A stretch of DNA of 64,000 bases from Schizochytrium sp. TIO01 (lineage: Eukaryota > Protista > Bigyra: Labyrinthulomycetes): assembly GCA_004764695.1 (NCBI GenBank), contig SMSO01000014.1, forward strand, positions 3,591,648-3,655,647. The letters are read 5' to 3'. The notes beneath the pieces were generated by a model that saw nothing but the letters and a program-made list of their open reading frames with translations, had not been told where the DNA came from and did no database searches. Shown here one piece after another: positions 49,541 through 61,620 of the stretch. A program made the position numbers and the translations under genes. Every line of letters begins with the position of its first letter. The first letter of the stretch is position 1.

Positions 49541-52030
49541 GCTTGAAACTACTTTTCTGATTTCTGTGCCTGTCTACGCTCTGCGTCGAAGCTTCGGAAA
49601 AATCTTGAAGAACTTGTTTATTTACAACAGCGGCTAATTCCTGCTTCATCGCTCGAGTGGACCGATGGGAAACGACAAAGCAGCACAACGCACAACGAGA
49701 ACAGGGAACGCATCGTAGAAGAAGAACTTGAAGGCGAGACGACTCAATTCACGAGGCCATGGTCAGCTTCGTATATAGTTTTTAAGTAGAAGGCGGCTTG
49801 AATTCATCCTCAATGAAATCGAAATAGCAACCCTTCGCAGAAAGCCCCTTTTCATGTGCTGTGCTGTCATCTCGAGGCCCGGAGACCTGCAGTGAATGTG
49901 TATAATTGATTGCCAGAAGTAGAACAGCTTGCTTTAAAAGGCCAGCTTCGACACAACAGCGGCGGCGGCGATCAGCGTCAGCAACGAAAACGGGGCGATT
50001 AAAGATGGAGACCTAAGTTCTCTGTAATATGGAGCAGCTTGCTCATCAAGAGGTCAGCAAAGTTGGCGACATGAAAATAAACGACGGAAGCCTCCATAGA
50101 AAGCAGAGATTGGGTCTTCAAGCCAGACGGACTCTTGAGGTCTGCAGTATCATATAGATAATCCTGCATTATTGCTCCGCCAGAAATCCCCAAAGCTTGC
50201 TTGCGTCAGAGAAACTCAGCGGTGCGGAATTCTCTGCTTTTTCATAAGGGATGCATGCTGAGAATCGGCGCGAAGAAGCTCAAGCAAAGGCGACCTAATC
50301 CAAGCTGCTGCAGTCGGAGACTCGCGCGATTTCCTTTTCCCGAGCTCGACGAACCCGTGGGAGTTGCAGGGCGTGAGACCTGCGTAGGTACCTTCGAGAC
50401 TCGAGGAATTGCAACACTGATGAGCTCACCATTACTTTGCAATGAGAGTATATCCTCTTCTTTTACTGAAGATAGAGAGACAACAAAAACAAAAAAAAAT
50501 AAAAGAAGAACGTACGTACTAAAATCAGACTTCATAAAAAAACAGTTAATGTATGTATGTATATATAGGCAGATATAGAGAGAGATACAGCGATAGGAGC
50601 GAAGAAGAAGCGGTCAGAGCTGCGCTTCGCTGCAAAGAATACACAGATCGATCGCGAGACTTGCAAGTTGAAGGCGGTGGATACGCATTCAGCACGCACG
50701 TATTCAGGGAAGTGGCGGTGAACTCAGTCCTTTGCCGGCTTCGAGTCGAGCGCCACTGGCGATCGGACGAGAGATGCGAGCTGCTCTCCAGCAGAATGTG
50801 CCCTCCTTTTAGCAAGAAAAACAAACAAAAAGAACACCAAAACGACACTATCTCTGTGAAAGAAAGAATGAATGAATGAGTGAATGAATGAATATGGTTT
50901 TCGTCCTTGATTCAACGCTCACATTGTGGTCGAGGACCTCTCAAATAACAAAGCTGCTGCCTCGTCCTGGTTCTCAGATCTCGTCTTCGCAGGCTGTTTC
51001 AGGATGATGCGGCAGTCCTAAGTCCACGTCAGTTCTCGCTCTGCGCTCGGCTTCTCCGTCGAAACTTGCGGTTTTGGACGTCTCAGGAAAGCCAAAGGAA
51101 GGCACGCAGAATGGAAAAAGGAAGGACCTTTGGCATACATAGTTAATAAAAGGAAACCTCTTCGCGAAGAGAGGTTTCGATTACTCATGTTTATGAGATT
51201 TGCGAATTCTATGAAGCACAAGTATCATTCATACCTGATTTCGCTAAAAAGACATAAAATAGTTTTTAATTAATAGAAAGAAAGTAGAAAAGAAAAAAGA
51301 CTCTCAGGAGGAATCAGCCACACTGGTACCCTACAACAAAAGCCACAGAAGAACCACCAGCTAGCTAGCTAGCTTTCTCTAGAGGCACGAAGAAGGGTCG
51401 CTTCGCTCATCTCGCAAATTGCCCTTTTCGTGGGCAGGAGCTCCGCTGGCTTATTGAGGTGCTTATTTATTTATTCATTCGTGAGGCGGAAAGGAAGGAC
51501 TTGAGGAGCTGAGCCATCCTAGCTTTGGTTTTTATAAAATAGCATCTATGAAAAACAGAACATCTTTTGTTTTAATTTTAAATTATCGTAAAAAGCTAAA
51601 AACTTTACACAGGCTAAAATAGTTGAAAACAAAACAATCAATGCCAAAGAAAGCATTTTTAGTAAGTAAGTTCGACTTCAGAACGATGAATTGGGAATCA
51701 CCGTCACAGAAGAAGTAGGTTTTACTAACTTACTGCTGACACAGAGAAACGCGTTCTTAGACAGAGCTGACCAGGTCTACGCAGAAAGATGTTCGTTTGC
51801 TTCGTCCTTCGCTTATTATCCATTCTCAGGCGTAGGCGAAGGCTTCTTCTTTCTGTCGGCTGCTTTAGCTCTTCTTTTAGTTTGCCTTTTGTCTTTTGTT
51901 GTTGTCGTTGTTCTTCGAAGTCAGGAAGGACAAAGAAAGAAAGCATTCGCAGAAGCGGTCCTACATCGAGCAATTAACAGTTGGCCATTTTGTGGGCGAA
52001 TCAAACGAAACAAAGGTCCTCGCAGAAGGC

Positions 52031-52595
52031 ATTCATTCATTCATTCATTCATTCATCCATTCATCCATCCGTATATCGTGCGGCGGGTACTCTTGCCGTT
52101 TGCTTGCATACCTGATTGCTGCTTAATTGCTGATTTTTGGCTGCTGATCGTTCACCTGTGAGTTTGTGTTTGAGCATCGTCACCGTAGAAGGCGAAGGGA
52201 AGAAAGGTAAAAGGAAAGTGACCAACAACTTCGTTTTGATTAATTAATTAATTAATTAATTAATTAATTGAAAAATAGAAAAGAAGAAGAAAAAGAAAAA
52301 ATACTGTTTCGTAGATCACTGACCAATGGAAGGATTGAGCTCTTGGACAGAATCATAACTCATTCTCGCGAACCGCGCGGTAGTTCTCCAAAGCCCAAAC
52401 TCGAAGCGCTAGAGCAGCGGCAGCGAGGCGAGCCATCTGCCTGCCTGCCTGCTTGCTTGCTTGCTTGTTTGACCCCGAGGCTGACCGAGGTGTCCTCCGC
52501 GAGCAGAGTTCTTCGAGGGCGACTGCCTGCCTCCGCCTCGCGATTGCAATCACTGAGAAACTCTGCTTATTTGTTTGTTTATTTGTTTGTTTGTT
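52031..52595. repeat. Cluster of tetranucleotide microsatellites: (ATTC)n ~52031-52066, (TAAT)n ~52239-52269, (CTGC)/(GCTT)n ~52437-52466, (TTTG)n ~52568-52595
   Basis: Direct reading. Confidence 0.88.
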
Positions 52596-52818
52596 TTACT
52601 TTTCCTCTTTTGATTGTTGTTTCTGCGCCTTTGTTTTCGCTGTCCATCTTCTATTCTATCTCTTCATTTGTTTCTTTGTTGTTTGCACAAGGAGAAGTAC
52701 TGTTGTGATAGCTGTACCTAGCTAGGCACTTGCTGTGATTGCCGAGAGTGGCCAATCGCATTGCGGGTTGGGAGTGGAGATAGCGCTTTGCCGATTAATT
52801 AGCTAACTCTGTGCCAGA

Positions 52819-55319
52819 ATGCAGCGGAGATCTCGCAGCGAGCTTAGCCCCAAGTCTGAACCGCACTATGAAGCAGAAGAAGAAGAAGAAGACACGTCTG
52901 TGTCGACGCCAAGACTAAGCTTGGATGTGAATGACGAGGAGGAAGATCAAGTCACAAGCTTAGATGCATATCGTAGCAATAGATCCAGTCATGGCATTGG
53001 CACGAGTAGTAGCAGCAATGCCAAACGGTCAAGCAGCAAAAGGGCTAAAGTACACGTGAATGCGGGACCACAAGCAAATGTCAAGACCTTAAAGTGAGCA
53101 TTCCCAGTCAGGCTGAGCCGAGTGGACTCTACAATGACCTTGAAGGCAACTGGGTTCAGCAAAATCCATACTACCAAGGAATGCACCATGACGGCGAGGA
53201 TGATAGCAAGGAGCACGAAGAAACAAGTTATTTTGGCAGTGATTTTGTAAAGGGATGCGGGTGCAAAGAAGGCAACTCATTTTGGAGTTGTTCTAGACAA
53301 CGGTGGCTATGTCTCAATTTACGCAAGGAGCCTTTGCCTGAGATTTCGGAAGGATTTTGGGGAACTAGCTTGGTCAAGAAAATTAGATTTGGTGACCGGT
53401 TCCGCAAGGTCTTCGGCCCTTGGCTACTGGGCCTTATGACATGCATCATACTGGGTGGCTTCCTTTGGATTGCCTACATAGATTATATGGGCTTCTCCGA
53501 AGACGATCGCCCAACCCCAATTACATGCACTGCCAAGTATTGGTCGAACTCATCCAAGCTCGACGACACGTGTGGAGTTGGAGGCTATGATTGCCGGCCT
53601 TTCGAGTCAGACACCTGGTACACACTACGCTGCCCTGACCACTGTCTCGTCGACTATTCAACGCCCGTGTACGGTAGTGATGTATATACTGCAACCAGCC
53701 GTATCTGTGCCGCAGCAATACATGCTGGAGTAATCGAAGCCAAGGTAGGCGGCTGCTTCGAGCTTCGAATGATTGGTGCAGATTCGAATTTTACAGGCTC
53801 CACTCAAAACGGTGTGACTTCAGAATCGTTTGACGGTTGGTTTCCACGGAACTTCGAAGTCCGGGTTTCGGAGAACCAGCAGTGCAATGCAATGCGAAAG
53901 TGGATGGACGTTTACGTTGCTTTTGCCCTGATTTTTATCTGCATTATTCTCCAGCCTGATGGCTGGTACCTCGTTGTCGTCCTCAGCTGCACTGGTTACC
54001 TCTATCTAGTAACAGAGTACAGGTACTACGACAGCTTTGCCGAGATCTTAAATGAGAGGTCCACAAGACTGCTAGTTATCTTTCTCATGGCCCTATGCCT
54101 CTGGCCTCAGGCCATAAAGGTCACAGTTCCTGACCCGCGCAAGTTTCCGATCGATGCTCTTCTTTTCTATTGTGCACCCTTTTGGTTCGGCGTGCACCTG
54201 GACATGTTTGAAAACATAGGAATTGATACTACGCTATCAAGTGGAGGCTTTGATAGCGCTGGAGCTATTCTTGGAATTGCTCTTATTATTGGCATCGGGG
54301 TGCCTTTAATCTTTCTACAAGTGCTCATGTTTTATCGCGCGGAACTTTTACCCAAAGTAATCTTCTATGTTTTGGTGGTTGCTGTCTTAGTAGTGGTGTT
54401 CTCCGTAGCGACATCTAACTACTTGACAATTCACCTTCATCATTTCATGTTTGGTGGTCTAGGCGTCTTACTCTGTCAAGGTCAACCACGTCTGCGCTAT
54501 TCAATAATGCTTCAAGCAGGTCTGCTCGGAGTGCTGGTAAACGGAGTTACAGTGTGGGACATTGCGCCTCTATACGATACAGTGTCTGACTCATCTTCGG
54601 AGAGTGTTTTGATGTTCTGGTCTCAAATAGATCGTGTCGGGTTTGACCTCGAGGTTCAATGGGCATCCGATGATGTGGTTTTCAATGATTGGAAATGCTC
54701 ACAATCCGGCCTGGAGGAATTTATAGTGCTCTATGGTGCATCCTTAGAAGAAGGACAAAATATATCCCTCGCACAGACTGAAAGTGAAACCATTCGAAAC
54801 GGAGAACTTCTGGACTCTAGTCTCAAACTCTCCACTAATTCATCTTCAACAGCCCTACGTGGAGGTTCTTCCTCCTCCAATCAAGACGACCAGCCCTTTG
54901 ATACAATTATCGAAGATGGAGACTATGATGCGTATAACAATGATCGGCGTCTTGCAGATGACTATGATGAGGAAGGGGATGATTCTGTACCCTTGCTAGT
55001 GCCCTCTGATTCACAACCACGCTATCGTATTGCTGTGAACTCAGTTATATTTCAAGAGGAGTTCTATCTCTCTGATGCCATCCTCTATAATGCAACTCTG
55101 AAACTAAATGTGCCTGGCTCTACGTTTTACATAACTGTAGGCAACTCCGATACCTACACCGGTACAATTCCTTTTACAATGCCTGAAAATGCGACAGCAT
55201 TGGATTCAAGAGTGCAGGGTGCGGGAATTTACGACTTAAGTGCAGCTGACTTTTCAGATCCTTGCAACCGTGTCTATGCTCTTCTTTTGGCAGAGAGAGG
55301 TATCCTTCCCACCATTTAG
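52819..55319 (+). CDS. LCCL-domain multi-pass membrane protein; 5' ORF 52819-53097 and main ORF 53094-55319 are offset by one base
   Basis: CGVGGYDCRPFE, LRCPDHC and VYGSDVYTATSRICAAAIHAGVI...GGC...F.GSTQNGVTS (LCCL domain), followed by multiple TM helices including IHLHHF, an arrangement known from fungal-type LCCL membrane proteins. The exact 5' structure is uncertain. Confidence 0.8.
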
Positions 55320-56322
55320 ATATGACTATTATGATCTTCGAGGGCTTTTCATGTGAGCATAGAGTTTGCTTTTACTCAAGAGCAATGAAACCCTAGTTGT
55401 TTCAAAACCTGAAAGGAAAACAACGTATACTGAAAGATGCGACACAGCATCAGCTGCTGCGATCGTCAGAATGAAACATCAACACGAAGAAGGTGTAAAA
55501 TTGTTAGACCCACGAGAGCAGTTACACCTTCTGAACGGACCTCAATTGTTGTACAATATACCACAAGTAGATCTCACTACTAAAGTGTCATACAGCAATT
55601 CAGAAAGAAAAGCCATCAAGACCCACAAACCAATTCAAACCCAATGAATTCCTGCTTGGCCAATGAGACAATTCTCGAAGTAGTAGTCTATGCCATTACT
55701 TGATGCCCGCTTTGTATAAATAAGCCTTCAACTATTTCTACACGAAGGACCGGCTCCGCGTATCGAACTCTAGGTTCCTACGTTTGGACCGGAGTAGTTC
55801 ATTTATTACTTTTTGATTAGCTAGATCAATAGACAAATGTAAAACTATTTTTTTGATTACTCAACATATCAACCGTGTCAGATTCGATTATGTCAGAGAT
55901 CAAAAAGGTGATGCACAAGATGACTTCTAGTCATTTTCCACGTTCTGTTCGGCTAAATAGTGAGGGCAAACATGATTTATAGAAGCGCAAGCACAATCAA
56001 TCTGATATTGATGGTATGTCAATCATTTATTTCATTTCTCACTTAGATTAGCCAAGAACGCCGTGCTTGCATGTAATGCTCAGCAACAGCTTTGAAAACC
56101 ATGTACATGACTCTGGTCAGGCTGAGCTGGGCAACTTGAAAAAAAAAAACAGAGTGAATTTATATACAACCCGAACATCCATAACCAATACGTCAGCAAT
56201 GAGACTATTCTAAATCAGAATATATGTCCTGGAAAAGAATTCAAGGGAAGAAATAGAAAAAAATCACAAAAAAGGTTCAAAATCACTGCCATTCTCAAAT
56301 TATAAGAAACAAACAAAGAATT

Positions 56323-59085
56323 TTACTGGTGCTGCTGTGAGCGAAGTTGTTGCTGCTGTTGCTGCTGCAAAAGCTGCTGATGAAGGAATTGGAATGATGC
56401 AGATTGGGGCATTGAGTTAAGAGAAACATCAGTGCCATTAGAAGCAGCCACGGACGTTGGAGAGCCGACAAAATCGTTGCCACCGTTTTGAGATGAAGAT
56501 TGTACAACACCAGCATTACCATTACCACCTAGAAATCCCAGAGACTGAGTCAAAGCTTGTAACGATGGAAACGAGTGGGACCTTGGGAGAGAAATCGAAG
56601 ACGGCGGGCTGGCAGTAGTCGATGTAATAGTTGATGCGCTCAACTCGTGTGGGGAGTTACCGTCCATAGGCACCGTAGGAGGAGCAGCAGCCCTCGCAGC
56701 AGCGTAAGCAACGGCAGCACTTACAGCAGCGTCTGATGATCCTATAGTAGCTGCCGAGACGTTGTTGTGAGCGTTCAATCCACCGTGATGATTCGAAGGA
56801 CTTGAACCAACACTGTTGCGGTTGCTGGGAGAAGAAGATGCATGCATCAATACCTCGGGTGGGAGGTTCTTCAGAGCCTGCTGAGGCTCCAAACCGTTCA
56901 TAAAGGCTTGCTGAAGCGCCTGCATAGCATTCATTAGCGAAGGTGGAGCGGACTTCCGGACGAGCTTACGCTTGATGTCAGGGAGAGGCAAAGTAGCTGC
57001 AGAGGCTGAAGACAAGGGTGTATCAGTTGCAGTAGCAGAGCTTGGTGTGTCCGGAGGGGAGGTGGCGTCAGAGTTGGATGCAGGGCGTGAAAAGGCATCA
57101 GCATTAAGCGTTTGAATACCCATAGGTAGTGAAGCTGACTTGCGCTTCTTAAATTTGGAAACAAAGCTCCAACCTGAGGAGTGGTCAGCACGGGCAGCGC
57201 CAACCATGCCTTCCATGTCAGCAGGCACACCACTCGGGCGTTTTGCGCCCTTCTTTTTGTTGGTTTTCACATCGACAGAAGAGGTTGTAGAGGAGGCGTC
57301 ACTGGGGGCTGATTCACGAGTGGCTTCTCGTTCACGAGAGCGTTTGAGCGATTGGTATCTGACCTTCACGCTGTTTTCAGTACGACCAGGCATATTTCTT
57401 GCAATCTTTGCCCAACGGCCGTCAAGCTCAACGTAGAGACGTTCCAGCTCGCGGTCCTCCTCATCATTCCAACCACCACGTTTAATGGAATTATCAAGAA
57501 AATTTTGCCATCTCTCTCTACACTGTTTGGCATTGCGGCCCTCGATGGAATTTGCAACCCATGTCCAGGTCAAAGTAGGATCAGCAAGCTTTTCTTGGAC
57601 TTTCTGGCGAAGAAGTTCATCCTCATCAGTTCTCCATGAACCCTTTTTCAAGCCGGGCTTTAGAGACTTGCGCCAGCGTTGAAGACATTGTACATTATCA
57701 CGGGTGCCCACGACAGCGGCGATTTCCTTCCAACGGGTGTCGCCATACTGTGCGACAGCATTACGTAGCCTCTCATCCTCCTCTTCAGTCCAGCGGCGTG
57801 GGTTAGACCCGGAGCCCTTGCGACGACCTGTGAGGCTTGCCTTAAGTTTATTCTCTGGTTTGGAGTCAGATCCAGCTCCCTGTTGTTGATCAGCGTTGGA
57901 TCCGTCTGTGTTGTTGCTATTGCTGTTGTTGTTATTGTTGTTGTTAGCTTCTGAAGACTTTCTTCGACCACCACCAAGCATTCGGCTGGTTGTTTTAGCA
58001 ATGGACGCAGGGGTCAGGCCGGCCATGATGCTCGCTAGAACAAACTGCCGAGACTTGTGCTTTTTTGGAGCAGCAGTGCCAGTGTTGCTATTGTTGTTTT
58101 CGTTGTTGTTGTTTGCGCCATTGTTCATGTTGTCATTATTGCCACCATTACGTTCGTTGTTATTGTTCTGCGCATCCAGAATCTGACTACCGTCACCCAT
58201 GGTATCAGGAGCTGTGGCAGCACTATCCGAGAGCGACGCGCCCTGAAAAGCAGTAATAGGGATTCCGGAGCTTAGACGGTGCTGAAGGTGGATACTACTA
58301 CCTTGCCTTGCACTGGCTGTCTCGCTTTCATCATCTTCATCGTCATCATCATCAGCAGGGGCACTGCGAGGATTGGTGAAGGACAGTGGGAGCTCGATGG
58401 AGGCGGTACTTTCGTTTCGACTGTTAGTCTTGCTGATGCTCACGGTTTCGTTGTCAGCATCGTTAACATCGCCTGCAATGGACATGTTAGAGGAAGCACA
58501 TGCTCCTCCAGTCATGTCAACATCATTATCATCTTCTTCGGCTGTGTTTTGGCGGCGAAGTTGAAATTGCATTTGCGGTTGGGATTTGGCTACAGCCTCA
58601 AGGGATGCAGACGAGTTGGATGAGGCCATGGCATGAAACGGCGAGTTCACAGCGGTGGACTGTGAAGAGAGCGACGACGATGGAGAGGCCTTGTCAAAAC
58701 CAAGATTATTTGCACCTGTGGGATGGGCGGAGGACCCGGCAATCACAGAAAGATTAGGGAACAATGACAATTTACTGAGAGCTTCGGATGGGGACTGCTG
58801 TGAGCCTGCAAGGGCCGCGGCAGTTTCCACAAGACCTTCCATGGGACTCCCCGGTCTCAAAAGGGTTGGTCTGCCAGGTTGCTGGCGAATGTTTTGCTGG
58901 GCAGAAGCGGCGAGAGATGAGGGCGACAGAGCACTGAGATCAATGGCTGGCTTTAGTGAGGATGAAGATGTGGTCGACGATAGCGCTACGAACTGTGTGG
59001 AGTCGTCGTGCTGGGGCTCGTGCTGCGATGACGACGAGGTGTGAGGGAGGCGATAATCCAATGAGCCTAATCGGTTATGTTGTTG

Positions 59086-59121
<36 letters not shown>

Positions 59122-59379
59122 ATTGAGCCGCTGTTGAAGAGCGCCAAGAAGGATCTCATTCGAGAGTGTTGTGTGAGCATGGTGATGTTGTTGCTGATGC
59201 TGTTGTGTTTGACTAAACTGATGTTGAACAGGAATCTCTGTTTGCCAGTTTAAGGCTCCAGACTCAGTCCTTTTTGCTGCTGCCACTACCGCAGCGATGC
59301 GGGCAGAGAGCTCCTGGATTTCGTTCGCATCTAGTTCGGGTAGCATTTGAGGCCTTGCGTCCACTCCAGGCAAATCCAT
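56323..59379 (-). CDS. Three-repeat MYB (3R-MYB/c-Myb-like) transcription factor with polyQ/polyN low-complexity regions
   Basis: Three Myb repeats (WTEEEDERL...WKEIA...QCLQRW; KGSWRTDEDELL...W..VA...KQCRERW; RGGWNDEED...RWAKIARNMPGRTENSVKVRY) at ~57350-57800. Confidence 0.92.
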
Positions 59380-59550
59380 CGATTATAAAAAAAAAGACTA
59401 GAACGTCTCCCAGACAAATCAAACAATACTGGCCTAGAGAAACAGGAGAACCCACGTATTCCACGTCGTTTCAAAGAAAGAAGCCTCTCTTCTTTGCCGA
59501 GATTTCACGTTCTGACAAGCCACAAGTTTGTTTTCCACCACGACCCTGAT

Positions 59551-60058
59551 CTGTAAATAAATGAACAAGAGAGGAAAAAAGAAATGCCCAAGACTAAGCT
59601 AGCACGAAGGCTTGCAAGCCCAGCTTTGCTACTATCTCAATCTATGCCTGCTTTATTTGTTTTGCCAGCAAGCCGACCAGCTCGCTAGTAATACCGGGTC
59701 GCCGCCTCCACACAAAGTGCGAGTTCACTGGCTTGCCCGCTTTGAAAGCGCTTGCTGTCTCCTGGCACGGGCACGGGCTCGTGCACGAGCACCTCCACAG
59801 GCACTCCTCACAACAAACAATCTCGCTAGGTCACAAGGCCTTGCCCCAGAGGACTCCAAGAACGAACAGCCAGCCCAGCCCAAGTCAGCCCACCCAAGCT
59901 CCAAACAAGGCGCTGCTAGCTTGCCTGAGGCTCTCCGCGTCGTCGCCGACGCTCCAAGCTATGTCACTCGGTGCACCTCAATCGACGAATGAGTGAGTGA
60001 CCTAATGTACGAATGAATGATGAATCGATCAATCGATCAATGAATCACTTTTACTCAC
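59551..60058 (-). other. Candidate 5'-UTR intron of the MYB gene
   Basis: Minus-strand GTGAGT donor at 60058 and a long pyrimidine tract ending TTTACAG at 59551. No ATG lies between the acceptor and the MYB start. Confidence 0.35.
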
Positions 60059-60065
60059 CCAATAC

Positions 60066-60091
60066 ACAGACAGACAGACAGACAGACAGAC

Positions 60092-60123
<32 letters not shown>

Positions 60124-60290
60124 GACAGAAGACAAACAAACAATCGCTATAGCCAATAGCCAATTGCCAATTCTCAATTGCCAATAGACCTAGACAGTAG
60201 ACAGTAGACAATCGCCAACAGATCGACAATCGCCAATAGACAAACAGACACACTGACTGACAGACTGACAGCCTGATAGACAGACAAACA
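60066..60290. repeat. Compound repeat: (ACAG)n(GTAA)n plus degenerate 7-mer GCCAAT(A/T) and GACAATCGCCAA repeats
   Basis: Direct reading. Confidence 0.85.
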
Positions 60291-60491
60291 AACAATCAAC
60301 AACTATTGAGCAATCGAAGCAAAGTGCCTCTTATTCTTTCTTTCTGTATATGATGCTGTCTGTATATAGACAGTCTCCCTCTCCCTCTCCCTCCCACTGG
60401 GTAGCCCCTTTATACCGGTATCACTAGGACTCCAGCCTTCAGGAAGAAAGGAAGTTGGTCAACAGATTAAGAGCCCAGCAGTGATGATGAT

Positions 60492-60501
60492 AAAGAAAGA
60501 T

Positions 60502-60556
<55 letters not shown>
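60492..60556. repeat. (AAAG)n microsatellite
   Basis: Direct reading. Confidence 0.92.
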
Positions 60557-60557
<1 letters not shown>

Positions 60558-60791
60558 GAGGAAATGAGCGAGCGCGCGCTTTGCCGCGACCCCGGCTGGG
60601 CGGAGGAGACGTGCGGCCGCTGGGAGAGGGCCCTCCTGCGGAGACGTGGCTTGCTGCCGCTGGCACCTTTCGCGCGAGGCGTCTGCCCTCACCGGTCGCC
60701 TCGGCTGCGCCCTGAGCTTGCTGCGTAGCCGCACGGCACGAGCCCGGCCAAGGAAAGGTGAATGGATGCGATGCTCGAAGTTTGAAAATAC

Positions 60792-61620
60792 TTTGTTTGT
60801 TTGTTTGTTTGTTTGTTTTTGGTTTTGTTTTTGTTTTCGAAAACAAAAGAAAACAAAAGAAAACAAAACACTTTCGAAAACCTTTCAAAGGAAAAGAGAG
60901 TAAATGATAAATCAATCAGCCAGGTCCTCAAAACCTTCAAACGGGGCAAGGATTCTGCTGCTTCTTCTCCTTCGCCTCCTTTCCTCCCCACTTCATTCGT
61001 GTCAGTTCGCTCTCTCGTGGGTCTGTCTGTCTTCTGCTTATTTTGTGGCTTCGGCTTTGTTCTTCCTTTGTTTGTTTGTTTGTTTGTTTGTTTGTTTGTT
61101 TGTTTCTTTCTTCTTTCTTTCTGTGCTTTTTATTTTTGGGGATCGGCGATGCGAGAAAACAAAATAAACTATGGAAACGAGAATGGCAATCGCAAGCATG
61201 CACGCACTGCCTGACAGGCACACGAACGAGCAGGCGACCAGGCAATCTGCTCGAGTGGGGTGGAGTCAAGTCAAGTCGAGTCGAGTCGAGTCGAGTCGAG
61301 GCTCTATCGATCTCCCGCTGCTCGAGCGTGCTTCGCTCTTCGTCTGAACGTGCACGCAGTTGTTCCCTCCTTTTTGTACACAGGTTGTATTTTAATTGAT
61401 GAGGTTCTTGTCTTTTATTCATTCTCTCTAAACTTGCGATCTCAATTTAGTACACGGCTGTTTTTTATTTATTGCCTCTGTCTCTTCTTAATTCCTCGCT
61501 CTCCTTCTTCCGCCGCCACTCTTTAAAAAAAAAAAAAGAAGAAAGAAGAAAAAAGTGAAGAGAACGAACAAATAGAAACAAACAAACAAACAAACAAATA
61601 AATAAACAAAAACAAAAAAG
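60792..61620. repeat. Cluster of microsatellites: (TTTG)n ~60792-60816 and ~61066-61104, (GTCGA)n ~61266-61299, (AAAC)n ~61576-61600
   Basis: Direct reading. Confidence 0.88.

Noticed and set aside
47500-52730. Numerous 60-160 aa ORFs with FLSF/CLFV/HSFI repeats (also at 59600-63700)
   Set aside because: They are translations of microsatellites and low-complexity DNA with no coding signature.
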